In this document: positions 49,003-59,329 of the stretch, piece after piece
Layout: every line of letters starts with the position of its first letter
Numbering within the stretch: position 1 is the first letter of the stretch
Assembly (NCBI GenBank): GCA_044220955.1
Contig: JBGAQA010000002.1
Span: 120,774 to 184,773, forward strand
Source: Sandaracinaceae bacterium
GTDB lineage: Bacteria > Myxococcota_A > Polyangia > Polyangiales > Sandaracinaceae
Direction: 5' to 3'
Length of the DNA stretch: 64,000 bases
Position numbers and translations under genes: made by a program
The notes under the pieces: model-generated
Database searches by the model: none
Seen by the model: only the letters and a program-made list of their open reading frames with translations
What the model was told of the DNA's origin: nothing

Positions 49003-52000
49003 ATGCGGACGCTCCGCTCGACCTCGTTGGTTGTCGCCGCCGTCGCCGTCGCTTGTGGCTGCGACGGCGGAGGCCTGCCTCCGCGCTGGCGCGCCACGCC
49101 GGGCGGCAACGGCCCGCGCGTCGTCTGGGATCTCTCGGCACGCCCGCTGCCCGAGATCCCGCTGCCGAACGACGTCGCGACCTTCCCCGACCCCGCCTCG
49201 CCCACCGGGCGGCGCATCGACGCGAGCCTCGTCGCGCCGACGGGCATCGAGTCGCGCCTGCGCGCGAACTTCGACCAGCTCGACGGCTGGGGCACCTTCG
49301 CGCCGATCACCGTCTCGTTCGACGCGCCGCTCGACGTGCAGTCGCTCGTCGCGCTGCAGGGCGGGACGCGCTTCACCACGAGCGACTTCGCGCGCCACGC
49401 CGTCTACCTCGTCGACCTCGAGACGGGCCTGCCCGTGCCGCTCGACATCGACTCGGGACGCATCGAGCACTCCGCCGCGGAGCCGAGCGCCTACTACGGC
49501 AACGACCCCCGCGAGGGCGAGTCGAACCTGCTCCTCGAGACCGTCGAGGAGGACCGCGACGGCGACGGCCTGCTCGATCCGCTCGAGGACACCGACGCCG
49601 ACGGCGTGCTCGACCACCCGAACACGATCGACGGACGGCTGCTCGGGACACCCTACGAGACCTACGATCGCATGGCGTGGTTCTACGAGCGCGAGACCGA
49701 CACGCTCATCCTGCGCGCCATCCTCCCGCTCGAGCCCACGCACACTTACGCGGTCGTGCTCACCGATCGGCTGAGCGGGCCGGGCGGCTCGGTCCGCTCC
49801 CCCTTCGACGGCGTGCACCACGTCTCGCAGTACGACGCGCTGCGTGGGCTCCCCGCGCACTTCGCCGCCCACCCCGAGCTCTACGGCGACCTCGCGACGC
49901 GCGGCTGGGGCGGGGTCGCCTTCGCGTGGAGCTTCACCACGCAGTCGACCACCGCGGACCTCGACGCCCTGCGCGAGGGCCTCTACGGGCGCGGCCCCTT
50001 CGCGCGGCTCGCCACGGAGTTCCCCGCGCGCCTCACCGCCGCCCCGGTGCGTGGCGGTGGATCGCGCTGCACGCTCCCGCCGAACCTCTACACCGTGACG
50101 CCGACGGAGCTGCGCGCGGCGCTCTCGGGCCTGCCGCTCGACGGCCTCGGCGTGCCGGCCGAGCAGCTCGACGCCGTGCTCGGCGCGCTCGAGTCGTCCG
50201 TGTCGCACTTCGCGTACGGCTTCTTCGAGTCGCCCTACCTGCTCGGCGATCCCGACGCGGAGACGGTGGACGACACCTGGCAGATCGACCGCACGACCGG
50301 CGCGGCGCGCGTCGATCGCGACCTGGTGCCGATGTTCATCGTCGTGCCGCGCGAGACGGCGTCGCACCACCAGCCCTTCCCCGTCACGTTCTACGCCCAC
50401 GGCCTCGGCAGCGTGAACCTCGAGTCGATCGCCTTCGCCGGGCTGACGGCGCAGCACGGCATCGCCACGGTGGCGATCGACGCACAGTCCCACGGCCTGC
50501 CGCTCTCGGAGTCGCTGCGCCGCGCGATCGTGCCGCTGCTCGCGGGCAACTGCCTGTCGGGCCTGGGCGAGGCGCTTCAGCACGACCGCGCGCGCGATCT
50601 CGACGGCGACGGCGCGGCGGACAGCGCGGGGCTCTTCTTCAGCGCGTACATGTTCCACACGCGCGACACGCTCCGGCAGTCGGCGCTCGACATCCTGCAG
50701 GCGATCCGCATCGTCCGCTCGTTCCAGGGCGCGCCCGACGCGGCGCCGAGCCGGCCCTGGGACCCGAGCAGCGTCCCCTACCGCAACGGAGAGATCCTCG
50801 CGTTCTCGGGCGACGTCGACGGCGACGGCGCGGCGGACGTGGCGGGCGACTTCGACGGCAACGGCGTGCCCGACCTCGGCGGCTGGGATCGCGAGAACCG
50901 GATGTGGGGCAGCTCGCTCGGCGGGATCCTCACGATGCTCGTGACCGGCGTCGAGCCCTCGATCGTCGCGGCCGCGCCGGTCTCCGGCGGCGGCGGCCTC
51001 TTCGACCTCGGCCTGCGCACCGACCTCGGGACCGCGCGCAACCCCATCTGGCTGCGCGTGATGGGCCCGATCCTCACCGGCGTGACCTCCGGCGGACCGG
51101 ACGAGGAGACCGGATGCCCCGCGGGCCAGCGCTCGCTCCGCTTCGAGCTGCCGAGCCTGAGCGATCGCGTGCGCGTGGAGATCGGCTGCCTCGCGCCCGA
51201 CGACCTCGACGGGGGCGACGCGGTCGTCGTGGCCAACCTCGCGAGCGGCGAGCGGCGCTGCGCGCCCGTGCGGGACGGCGGCCTGTTCCGGACGCGCATC
51301 CCTTCGGACGCGGGCGACCGCCTCGAGATCCGCGTCTTCGCCGGCGGGGCGAGCACGCTCGACGCGCGCGACTGCACGTTCCGCGTGGGCGCGGGCATGC
51401 CGCAGCCCGTCGCGAGCCGCGTCGTCGACACGTGGACCTCGGCGCACACGTGCGCGCGCTGCGCGCGCTACCAGCAGCAGGTCTTCGAGATCGGCACGCC
51501 GCTCACATCGCCCATCGAGGGCCTGGGCCTCGCGCGCCAGACGCCCGAGCTGCGGCGCCTGGCGAGCCTGGCGCAGATCGCGGTCGACCCCGCCGACCCG
51601 GTGAACTACGCGCGCCGCGTGTTCCTCGCCCCGCCCACGGCCCCCGACTTCCCCGCGCGGACGCGGAGCATGCTCGTCACGGCGACCCTCGGCGACACGA
51701 CGGTGCCCGTCTCCGCGGCGGACACCTACGCGCGCGCGGCGGGGATCCTCGCGTTCCTGCCGCCCGGCGCGCCCGACGTGCTCGCCGACTACCGCGCGCC
51801 CGCGAGCTTCGCGACGCGCTTCGGCGTCGACACGCCCGACGACCTGCTGATCCAGCGCTTCGTGCCCGAGGCGCTCTCGCGGCTCGATCGCTGGCCGGTG
51901 CCGGGCGCGTCGGGGTTCCTCTTCGACGTCGACGACTTCAGCGAGGGCCGGCAGTGGTTCGCGCCCGACGGAAGCCAGCAGATCCCCGAGAGCGAGGGTG

Positions 52001-52311
52001 GCGTGCGCCCTGCGCGCGGAGACCAGCCGCTCCGCTGGGCGCGAGAGAGCCGGCGCGCGAGCGCGTCGAGCGACCTCTGGAACGGCGCGAGCACCTTCGA
52101 GGGCCACAGCGCGCTCGTGCACGCGATGACGGTGCCGCGCGGCCAGCACGTCGTGTTGCCGATCGATCCGCGCAAGGCGTGGGACGACGGCAGCTACTTC
52201 GTGAACCTGATCGGGTGGTACCTCGCCTCGGGCGGCAGCGACCTGCCGTACCTGTCGCGCCCGACGGAGCACCAGTGCCTGGAGGCGAACACGTGCATCT
52301 ACGGCGAGTGA
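49003..52311 (+). CDS. Large lipoprotein with alpha/beta-hydrolase (lipase-like) core and Ca-binding DxDxDG motifs
   Basis: Lipobox ACGC; IPLPND, LDGWG, FYAHG, nucleophile elbow GSSLGG, DPADPVNYA. Confidence 0.75.
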   Translation: MRTLRSTSLVVAAVAVACGCDGGGLPPRWRATPGGNGPRVVWDLSARPLPEIPLPNDVATFPDPASPTGRRIDASLVAPTGIESRLRANFDQLDGWGTFAPITVSFDAPLDVQSLVALQGGTRFTTSDFARHAVYLVDLETGLPVPLDIDSGRIEHSAAEPSAYYGNDPREGESNLLLETVEEDRDGDGLLDPLEDTDADGVLDHPNTIDGRLLGTPYETYDRMAWFYERETDTLILRAILPLEPTHTYAVVLTDRLSGPGGSVRSPFDGVHHVSQYDALRGLPAHFAAHPELYGDLATRGWGGVAFAWSFTTQSTTADLDALREGLYGRGPFARLATEFPARLTAAPVRGGGSRCTLPPNLYTVTPTELRAALSGLPLDGLGVPAEQLDAVLGALESSVSHFAYGFFESPYLLGDPDAETVDDTWQIDRTTGAARVDRDLVPMFIVVPRETASHHQPFPVTFYAHGLGSVNLESIAFAGLTAQHGIATVAIDAQSHGLPLSESLRRAIVPLLAGNCLSGLGEALQHDRARDLDGDGAADSAGLFFSAYMFHTRDTLRQSALDILQAIRIVRSFQGAPDAAPSRPWDPSSVPYRNGEILAFSGDVDGDGAADVAGDFDGNGVPDLGGWDRENRMWGSSLGGILTMLVTGVEPSIVAAAPVSGGGGLFDLGLRTDLGTARNPIWLRVMGPILTGVTSGGPDEETGCPAGQRSLRFELPSLSDRVRVEIGCLAPDDLDGGDAVVVANLASGERRCAPVRDGGLFRTRIPSDAGDRLEIRVFAGGASTLDARDCTFRVGAGMPQPVASRVVDTWTSAHTCARCARYQQQVFEIGTPLTSPIEGLGLARQTPELRRLASLAQIAVDPADPVNYARRVFLAPPTAPDFPARTRSMLVTATLGDTTVPVSAADTYARAAGILAFLPPGAPDVLADYRAPASFATRFGVDTPDDLLIQRFVPEALSRLDRWPVPGASGFLFDVDDFSEGRQWFAPDGSQQIPESEGGVRPARGDQPLRWARESRRASASSDLWNGASTFEGHSALVHAMTVPRGQHVVLPIDPRKAWDDGSYFVNLIGWYLASGGSDLPYLSRPTEHQCLEANTCIYGE

Positions 52312-52443
52312 CCCCGGATTTGCCGAGCTCGGGGGCGCGCGCGTGAGAACGCACAGCCATTTCCGCCCATCCGCGTGGTGAATCTCCTCATCGACGCAGG
52401 GGCCGCGCGCAGACGAACGTGCGCGCCTCGCACCGGAGAGCTC

Positions 52444-53682
52444 ATGTCGCCCGCTCGCCTCGCTCGCTCGCTCGTGATCGCATCGTCGCTCGTCGGGGCC
52501 GTCGCCTCGGTCGGCTGCACGGCCGCCCGCTCCGGGCACGACGGCGGCGGGACCGGGCCCTTCCCAGACGGCGGCGGCGTCGACGCGGGTCCGCGCGCGG
52601 ACGCCGGCAGGCCCGATCCCTTCAGCCCGGACGCGTCGTGCGGCTCGACCGCGATCCCGACCGAGCGCGTGCCCGGCAGCCTCTTGCTCGTCTTCGATCG
52701 CAGCTCGAGCATGGAGGAGGACGTGGACGGGCACCGCTCCGGCGACACGGGGTTCATGCCCCCGACGAAGTGGGACGCCTCGGAGACGGCCATCGGGGGC
52801 GCCCTAGCCTCCACCGGGGACGACCTGGGCGTGGGGCTGCTGCTCTTCCCGACCCTCGTCGGCGACGTCTGCGACGTCACGATCGCGCCCGGCGTCCCGC
52901 AGGTGGAGATCGCTCCGCTCTCGACCAACCGCAGCGTGATCGCCTCCGCGCTCGCGGGCGGGCCGAACGGGGGCAACACCCCGCTCTTCGGCGCCATCCA
53001 CGCGGGCTACGAGTACCTCGACACGCTCACCACCACGGGGCAGCGCGGCCTCGTCGTCGTCACCGACGGTGCCGAGAACTGCGATCGCTCGGCGGCCGGC
53101 GAGACCGCGATCCTGAGCGAGGTAGAGCGGCGCCACGACGAGAACGGCTACCTGACCTTCGCCGTCGGGCTGACCACCTCCGACAACTTCCTCTCCACCG
53201 TGGCCGTGAACGGCGGAACGCCGCGCAACGACACCTGCATGGCGACGTGCGTGAGCCCGCCGACCCGCTGCAGCTCCGCCGCCGACTGCCCGATGCCCAC
53301 CGACCGCTGCATCATCGGGTTCTGCGCGTCGACCGGGACGGCCGACTGCTGCAGCTACACGATCGGCACGTCGGCCTTCGAGTCGGACTTCCAGGCGGCG
53401 CTCGACGAGATCGCGCAGCACTTCATCGACAGCTGTGTCTTCCGGCTCCCGCGCGGCTCGGACCCGACGACGTTCGACCCGAATCGCGTCAACGTCGGCG
53501 TCACGTTCAGCGGCGAGCCGCGCACGGTGCTCGGGCGGAGCTCGGATCCGGCCACGGACTCGTGGGACTACACCAGCCCCACGCAGGAGTCGATCATCAT
53601 CCAGGGCCCGATCTGCGATCGGCTCCTGACGGGTGACGCACAGGTCGAGATCGTGCTCGGCTGTCCGACGATCATCGTCTGA
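52444..53682 (+). CDS. VWA-domain Cys-rich lipoprotein (CglB-like architecture)
   Basis: Lipobox SVGC; MIDAS DRSSSM; GGNTP; VVVTDGAENC; C-terminal LGCPT. Confidence 0.82.
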   Translation: MSPARLARSLVIASSLVGAVASVGCTAARSGHDGGGTGPFPDGGGVDAGPRADAGRPDPFSPDASCGSTAIPTERVPGSLLLVFDRSSSMEEDVDGHRSGDTGFMPPTKWDASETAIGGALASTGDDLGVGLLLFPTLVGDVCDVTIAPGVPQVEIAPLSTNRSVIASALAGGPNGGNTPLFGAIHAGYEYLDTLTTTGQRGLVVVTDGAENCDRSAAGETAILSEVERRHDENGYLTFAVGLTTSDNFLSTVAVNGGTPRNDTCMATCVSPPTRCSSAADCPMPTDRCIIGFCASTGTADCCSYTIGTSAFESDFQAALDEIAQHFIDSCVFRLPRGSDPTTFDPNRVNVGVTFSGEPRTVLGRSSDPATDSWDYTSPTQESIIIQGPICDRLLTGDAQVEIVLGCPTIIV

Positions 53683-53687
53683 CGCGA

Positions 53688-55733
53688 TCAGAGGCAGTCG
53701 AGCAGCACGGCGCCCGGCGAGCCGGCGCTCCCCGCGCTCATGCGGTCGGGGGACGTGGAGCTCCCCGGCGTCGTGCCCGTCCCGCGCAGCAGCGTCCCGG
53801 ACGCGCTCGACGCGAGGTAGCCGCTGCCACCGCCGCCGCCGTCCGCGTCGCTGCTGGCGGGCTGGCCGCCACCGCCGCCGAACCAGCCCGCACCGCCACC
53901 GCCTCCGCCGTCGCTTCGAGTGCCGCCGCCCGCGCCGCCGGTGAGGGCGCTGCCGGGAGCACCGCCCGCGCTGCCGACGCCTCCCGAGGTCTGCGTGCCC
54001 CCCGATCCCGGGACGCCGCCGCCGTTCTCGCCCGAGGTGCCGCCGCCCGCGCCCGGGACGCGCGTACCGCCGGCGCCGCCACCTCCGCTGCCGGCGCCGC
54101 CGCCCGCGATCACGAGCGCCGTCGCCTGCGACGCCGCGCCGCGGAAGACGCCCGAGTAGCCGCCGCCACCACCGCCCCCCTGGCCCGCGCCCGATCCGCC
54201 GCGCCCGCCTCCGGGCACGCCGCCGGTGCCCGCCGCGCCGCCGCTCCCGTTGCCCCCCGGACCACCCACGACGACCGTGAGCACCTCGCCCGGCGTCGTC
54301 GTCAGCATCGCCTCCGCGTATCCGCCGGCGCCGACGACGAAGTTGCCCGCACCGTGCCCTCCCGCTGCGCCCCAGGCGCGGACACGGAGGGTCGTGCACG
54401 CGACCGGGACCGTGTAGCTCGTGGTCCCCGCAGCGCGGAGCGCGGTCGAGCAGCCGCTCGTGGGCGCCGCGTCCGCGGGACAAGGCAAGGTCGCTCCGTC
54501 GCAGCTCTCGGGCTCGTCGCAGGGCGCCGCCGACGGACGGCACACGGTGGTGCTCGGTGCGAGCGCGTCGGGGGGGCACGTCGCGCTCGAGCCCGTGCAG
54601 CGCTCCGCCACGTCACACGCCGCAGCGCCCCCGCGGCAGAGCGTCGCCATCGGCTCGAACACGTCGGCCGGGCAGACCATCGACGTTCCGTCGCAAGCCT
54701 CCTCGACGTCGCAGGGTCCGGCGCTCGGCCTGCACGACGTGCCCGCTGCGGCAGGCCCCGCCGCCGTGCAGACGGGCGCGCCCGTGCGGCAGTCGGTCGT
54801 GTCGCGCTCGCACGGGTTGCCGGTGCTGCACGCGCTGCCCGCGGTGCAGGGCGCGCACGTGCCGAGCCCGTTGCAGTAGCCGTCCGCGCAGGGCGTGCCG
54901 GCGGGCGCGAGCCGGTCGGCCGGACACGAAGTGCTCGTGCCGTCGCAGGTCTCCGGCGCGTCGCACGCGTCGCGGGCGCCGCGGCACGGCTCGCCGACGC
55001 CGACGGGCCCCGCGCCACGGCAGATGCCGACGCCGGTGCTGCAGTCGAGGCGTCCGATCTCGCAGGGGTTGCCCGTGTCGCACGCGACGCCCGCGAGGCA
55101 GCTGCCCTCGAGCGGCAGGCACCCGCGCTCGACCGCGCAGTACTGGGCCGGCGTGCACGCGCCCGGCGTCGGCCGCGCGAGGCAGGCGCCGTCGATGCAC
55201 TCGAAGCGGGCGCACGTGCTCGTCTGCGGGCAGTCGACGGCGCTCGCGCAGTCGGGCGTGCCGCAGCTGGCGGAGCTCTCGACGAAGCACTGCGGAGGGA
55301 CGCAGCGCGACCCGAGGCACGCGGTCGCGTCCGGCGAGTCGCCGGCCATCGGGCACGCCACGCCGCGGCAGTCGCGGCTCGCCACCACGGTGACGACCAT
55401 GCTCTCTACGAGGTCGACGACGACGGTGCGCTCGATCTCGACGGCACCGTCGGCGCGCCGCAGCCGCACCACGACGAGCAGCTCGCCCGGCGCGAGCCCG
55501 GGGACGTCCGCCACGCGCTCGCCCGCGAGGAAGTCCTGACCCGACGCGACGTCGTGGTGGGCCGTGAGCCCCGTCGTGCTCCCCCGCGGCGTGACGACCG
55601 TGTCGACCTGCGTGAACTCGACGCCCGGCACGAGGTCGGTCACGAGATCCACGTCGAGGAAGCGGCTCCCCGGCGCGCAGGCGCTCAGCGCGAGCGCGAG
55701 CGTCGGGAGCGGGCCGAGGGGCGAGACGCGCAC
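53688..55733 (-). CDS. Cys-rich lipoprotein with disintegrin-like repeats and Gly-rich C-terminal domain
   Basis: Lipobox LSAC; four CR-x5-CD-x2-E-x-C-x-G-x4-CP-x-D repeats; AWGAAGG...IAGGGAG...GGGGSGY. Confidence 0.78.
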   Translation of the reverse strand: MRVSPLGPLPTLALALSACAPGSRFLDVDLVTDLVPGVEFTQVDTVVTPRGSTTGLTAHHDVASGQDFLAGERVADVPGLAPGELLVVVRLRRADGAVEIERTVVVDLVESMVVTVVASRDCRGVACPMAGDSPDATACLGSRCVPPQCFVESSASCGTPDCASAVDCPQTSTCARFECIDGACLARPTPGACTPAQYCAVERGCLPLEGSCLAGVACDTGNPCEIGRLDCSTGVGICRGAGPVGVGEPCRGARDACDAPETCDGTSTSCPADRLAPAGTPCADGYCNGLGTCAPCTAGSACSTGNPCERDTTDCRTGAPVCTAAGPAAAGTSCRPSAGPCDVEEACDGTSMVCPADVFEPMATLCRGGAAACDVAERCTGSSATCPPDALAPSTTVCRPSAAPCDEPESCDGATLPCPADAAPTSGCSTALRAAGTTSYTVPVACTTLRVRAWGAAGGHGAGNFVVGAGGYAEAMLTTTPGEVLTVVVGGPGGNGSGGAAGTGGVPGGGRGGSGAGQGGGGGGGYSGVFRGAASQATALVIAGGGAGSGGGGAGGTRVPGAGGGTSGENGGGVPGSGGTQTSGGVGSAGGAPGSALTGGAGGGTRSDGGGGGGAGWFGGGGGQPASSDADGGGGGSGYLASSASGTLLRGTGTTPGSSTSPDRMSAGSAGSPGAVLLDCL

Positions 55734-55779
55734 ACGTCGAGGCTACCAGCGACCGACCCCGCCTCCGAGCCCCGTGTAT

Positions 55780-56127
55780 TCAGCCCGCGAGCACCGGCAG
55801 GCGACGGCGGGGCCTCTCCTCGGCCGCGGGGGGCGGCTCCGCGTCGCGCATGCGGACCAGGCGGATCGATCCCGTGCGGCGCATCAGCGTGTCGACCCAG
55901 CGCTCGCCCGAGTGCTCGTAGCGGATCTGCACCTCGCGCGCGCCGCCCAGCACGAGCAGGCCGCGCGCCTGGAGCAGGTCGAGCGGGGCCGTCGTGCCGC
56001 GCGCGCGCACCGAGCGCACCGTCGCGCACTTCTCGATGTCGTCGAGCAGCGCCTCGAAGAGCGCGCCGTCGAGCTCCGCGGTGAAGACCTCGGGGAGCGG
56101 CCGTGGGTCCTCGGTCGTCTCGCTCAC
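55780..56127 (-). CDS. Hypothetical protein, last gene of the nap operon
   Basis: GTG overlaps the napB stop, preceded by ggaggg; 115 aa. Confidence 0.65.
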   Translation of the reverse strand: MSETTEDPRPLPEVFTAELDGALFEALLDDIEKCATVRSVRARGTTAPLDLLQARGLLVLGGAREVQIRYEHSGERWVDTLMRRTGSIRLVRMRDAEPPPAAEERPRRRLPVLAG

Positions 56128-56942
56128 GGCGTCACCCTCCCTGCCCGCGCGGGGCGCTCGAGCGCCGCCGACGTGGCGTGGCACTGCAGGCAGGACTGGC
56201 GATCCAGGTGCGGCGAGCCGATCCCCGTCGAGAGCGTGCCGTGACAGGTGACGCAGTCCTCGCGCATCCGCGTCGGGTGCGGGACGGTCGGCGGTGCGCC
56301 TGCCCACGCGCGCTCGCCGCGCAGCGGCGCGACCCGCCCGACGAACGAGGTGTCCGCGGGCGGCCCGCCCGTCAGGCCCGCGAGCCCGCGCGGCCCCGAG
56401 CCTCCGTCGACGACGTGGCACTGCACGCAGCTCGTCAAGGACGCGTGCGGCATCTCCGGCGCGGAGTGGCCGGCGACGCGCATGCCGTCCGCATGACAGG
56501 CCAGGCACTCGGGCAGCGTGCGCTGCGCCACCGGGTGCGGGATGCGCGGCGGCGCTCCGTCGTACGCGCGCAGGCGGGCCCGACGCGCGACCTCGGCCGC
56601 GCGCTCGTCGTCGGTGGCCAGCGCCGTCGAGGGCGGGGGGCGATCCTCGACCAGCATGTCGAACGCGCCGCGCTGGCGCCGGTCCGGCCCGCGCGCACCG
56701 TCGGCCATGCGCTCGCCGTACGTGGCCGCGAGCGTCGCGCCCTCCGCGGGCTCGGTCTCGAGCGTGCGCGGGGCGCCGCGGTTCGAGGGTGTGCCGGTCG
56801 AGATGCCGAGCAGGAACACGATCACGGCCGCGAGCGCGAACGCGATCGCGACGCGGGTCAGCGCAGCGCGCCCCATCGGCGGCGGCGGAACGCTCGCGGC
56901 CCGGTCGCCCTCGCCGGGAGCGTCGGGCTCCGCGCCGCTCAT
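56124..56942 (-). CDS. napB: NapB-like cytochrome c, tandem (tetraheme) form
   Basis: RAYDGAPPRIPH..CLACH..CVQCH and RAWAGAPPTVPH..CVTCH..CLQCH; ATG overlaps the napA stop. Confidence 0.8.
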   Translation of the reverse strand: MSGAEPDAPGEGDRAASVPPPPMGRAALTRVAIAFALAAVIVFLLGISTGTPSNRGAPRTLETEPAEGATLAATYGERMADGARGPDRRQRGAFDMLVEDRPPPSTALATDDERAAEVARRARLRAYDGAPPRIPHPVAQRTLPECLACHADGMRVAGHSAPEMPHASLTSCVQCHVVDGGSGPRGLAGLTGGPPADTSFVGRVAPLRGERAWAGAPPTVPHPTRMREDCVTCHGTLSTGIGSPHLDRQSCLQCHATSAALERPARAGRVTP

Positions 56943-59329
56943 GCGCTCGCCCTGCGCACCCGCACCGCACACTTCTTGTAGTCGGGCTGCTTCGAGAACG
57001 GGTCGAAGGCGTTCAGCGTCACCTCGTTGATGCGCAGGCGCTCGTCGAAGAAGGGCACGAAGAGCGACCCGGCCACGGGCGCGCCGCGGCCGTCGATCCA
57101 GACGGGCAGCTCCACGGCGCCGCGCCGCGACTCGACGCGCACCATCGCGCCGTTCTCGACGCCGAGCGCGCGCGCGTCGTCGGGGTGCATCTCCACGTAC
57201 GACTCGGGCATCGCGCGCCGCAGCGGCGGCATGCGCATCGTCATGGTGCCGGTGTGCCAGTGCTCGAGGACCCGCCCCGTGCAGAGCCAGAACGGGTACT
57301 CCTCGTCGGGGCTCTCGGGCGGGGCATCGTAGGGCCGGAACCAGATCTGCGCGCGCCCGTCGTGCGAGGTCGAGTGGTAGAAGTCGATGCCGCGGCCGGC
57401 CTCGACGTAGGGATCCTCGCCCTCGACGAAGCGGTAGCGCGTCTCGCGCCAGACGCCGTCCTGCTCGACCACCGGCCAGCGCAGGCCGTGGGCGCGCACG
57501 TACTCGTCGTAGGGCGCGAGATCCTTGTGGTGCCCGCGGCTGAAGGCCCGGTACTCCTCGAAGAGGTGCCGGTCGACGTTCACGTCGTAGTAGTGAGCGA
57601 ACTGGTGGATGGGCACCTCCTGACCGCTCGCGTCGTCCACGCGGAAGAGGAAGCGCCCGTCTCGATCCCGCATCCCGGCCACGCCTCGGTCGAAGAGAGC
57701 GCGCGCGACCGCGATCGTCTGCCACGCGTCGTCACGCGCCTCGCCGGGCGGCTCGACCATCTTGAACCACTGCTGCGTGCGCCGCTCGCTGTTGCCGACC
57801 ATGCCGTTCTTCTCGACCCACATCGCCGAGGGCAGGATCAGATCGGCCAGGCGCGTCGTCAGCGTCGGGTAGACGTCCGAGACGATCAGGAACTTGTTCT
57901 CCATGCCGCGCGAGCGGTCGAAGAGGTTCGTCACGTCGGGGAGCGACTGCCCGGGGTTCGAGACCTGCACCCAGAGCGTGTCCACGTCGCCGCCCTCCGC
58001 CGCGGGCGTGGCGAAGCGGCGGAACAGGTCGACGGTGTGCGGGCCGATCGCGGCCGAGAGGCGGCCGACCGGGACGTGCCAGAACTCCTCGGCCTCGGCC
58101 CGGTGCTCCGCGTTCGCGACGAGGCGGCCTCCCGGCAGCCCGTGGCCGAGCGTGCCGACCTCGCGCACGGTCCCGCAGGCCGAGGGCTGCCCGGTGAGGC
58201 TGGTGGGCCCGTCGCCCTCGCGACCCCAGTGCCCGGAGAGCAGGTGAACGCCATGAACGAGCGAGTTCACCGCCGTCCCGCGCGTGTGCTGGTTGAGCCC
58301 CATGCACCAGAGGCTGGTGATGCGCAGCGAGCGGTCGGCGAAGAGGCCCGCGAGCATGCGGATCTGATCGGCCGTGAGGCCGCTCAGCTCGGCGCAGTGC
58401 TCGGGCGTGTAGGGCTCGAGCCGCGTACGCAGCTCGCTCAGCTCGATCGCGCGGCCCTGCAGCGTCGGGTGGTCGTCGTCCTCCGCCGCGCGGAACGCGC
58501 AGTGCTGCTCGACGAACTCGTGGTGGTACGTGTCGTCCCGGAGGAGCAGGTGCAGGATGCCGTTCGCGATCGCGAGATCGCCCTGCGGCTTCATCAGGAG
58601 CACGTCGTCGGCGAACGACGAGGTGCGCGTGCGCCGGGTGCCGATGTCGATGATGCGCACCGTCTGGCCGCGCGCGCGCCGATCGACGATGCGGGAGAAG
58701 AGGACCGGGTGCATCTCGGCGGGGTTGTTGCCCCAGAGGATCACCACATCGGCGTGCTCGAGGTCGTCGAACGCCGAGGCCGGCTCGTCCACGCCGTACG
58801 TCGAGAGGAAGCCCGTGACGGCCGAGGCCATGCAGAGGCGCGCGTTGGCCTCGAGCATGTTCGTCCCGAGGCCCGCCTTGACGAACTTCGAGGCGGCGAA
58901 GCCCTCCGGGATCGTCCACTGGCCGCTGCCGTACATGGCGAAGCGCGCGGGCGCGGCGGAGATGCGGTCGGCGACGATGCCGATCGCCTGGTCCCAGGAG
59001 ATGGCGCGGTAGCCCTCCCCCTCGCGCAGCATCGGGTGCGTGAGGCGGTCGGTCCCGTAGAGCGCGAGACCGACGTGGTAGCCCTTCACGCAGAGCAGGC
59101 CGCGGTTCACCGCCGCGTCCGGATCGCCCTGGATCGCGACGATCCGACCGCCCTGGACGCCGACCCGCACGTGACAGCCGGTCCCGCAGAACCGGCAGGG
59201 CGCCTTGTCCCACGTGATACCGGCGTCGGTGCCCGCGTCGGAGCGGCGCTGGGCGGAGACGTCGCCGATCGCCGCCGTCGCGGCCGCCATCGCCATCGCC
59301 CGGAGAAACTCTCGTCGACCGACCGTCAC
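56939..59329 (-). CDS. napA: Periplasmic nitrate reductase catalytic subunit
   Basis: Tat GRREFL; KAPCRFCGTGC...CVKG; Mo-ligand NARLCMASA; GQPSACGT; TGRVLEHWHTGTMT; SKQPDYKKCAV. Confidence 0.96.
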   Translation of the reverse strand: MTVGRREFLRAMAMAAATAAIGDVSAQRRSDAGTDAGITWDKAPCRFCGTGCHVRVGVQGGRIVAIQGDPDAAVNRGLLCVKGYHVGLALYGTDRLTHPMLREGEGYRAISWDQAIGIVADRISAAPARFAMYGSGQWTIPEGFAASKFVKAGLGTNMLEANARLCMASAVTGFLSTYGVDEPASAFDDLEHADVVILWGNNPAEMHPVLFSRIVDRRARGQTVRIIDIGTRRTRTSSFADDVLLMKPQGDLAIANGILHLLLRDDTYHHEFVEQHCAFRAAEDDDHPTLQGRAIELSELRTRLEPYTPEHCAELSGLTADQIRMLAGLFADRSLRITSLWCMGLNQHTRGTAVNSLVHGVHLLSGHWGREGDGPTSLTGQPSACGTVREVGTLGHGLPGGRLVANAEHRAEAEEFWHVPVGRLSAAIGPHTVDLFRRFATPAAEGGDVDTLWVQVSNPGQSLPDVTNLFDRSRGMENKFLIVSDVYPTLTTRLADLILPSAMWVEKNGMVGNSERRTQQWFKMVEPPGEARDDAWQTIAVARALFDRGVAGMRDRDGRFLFRVDDASGQEVPIHQFAHYYDVNVDRHLFEEYRAFSRGHHKDLAPYDEYVRAHGLRWPVVEQDGVWRETRYRFVEGEDPYVEAGRGIDFYHSTSHDGRAQIWFRPYDAPPESPDEEYPFWLCTGRVLEHWHTGTMTMRMPPLRRAMPESYVEMHPDDARALGVENGAMVRVESRRGAVELPVWIDGRGAPVAGSLFVPFFDERLRINEVTLNAFDPFSKQPDYKKCAVRVRRASA

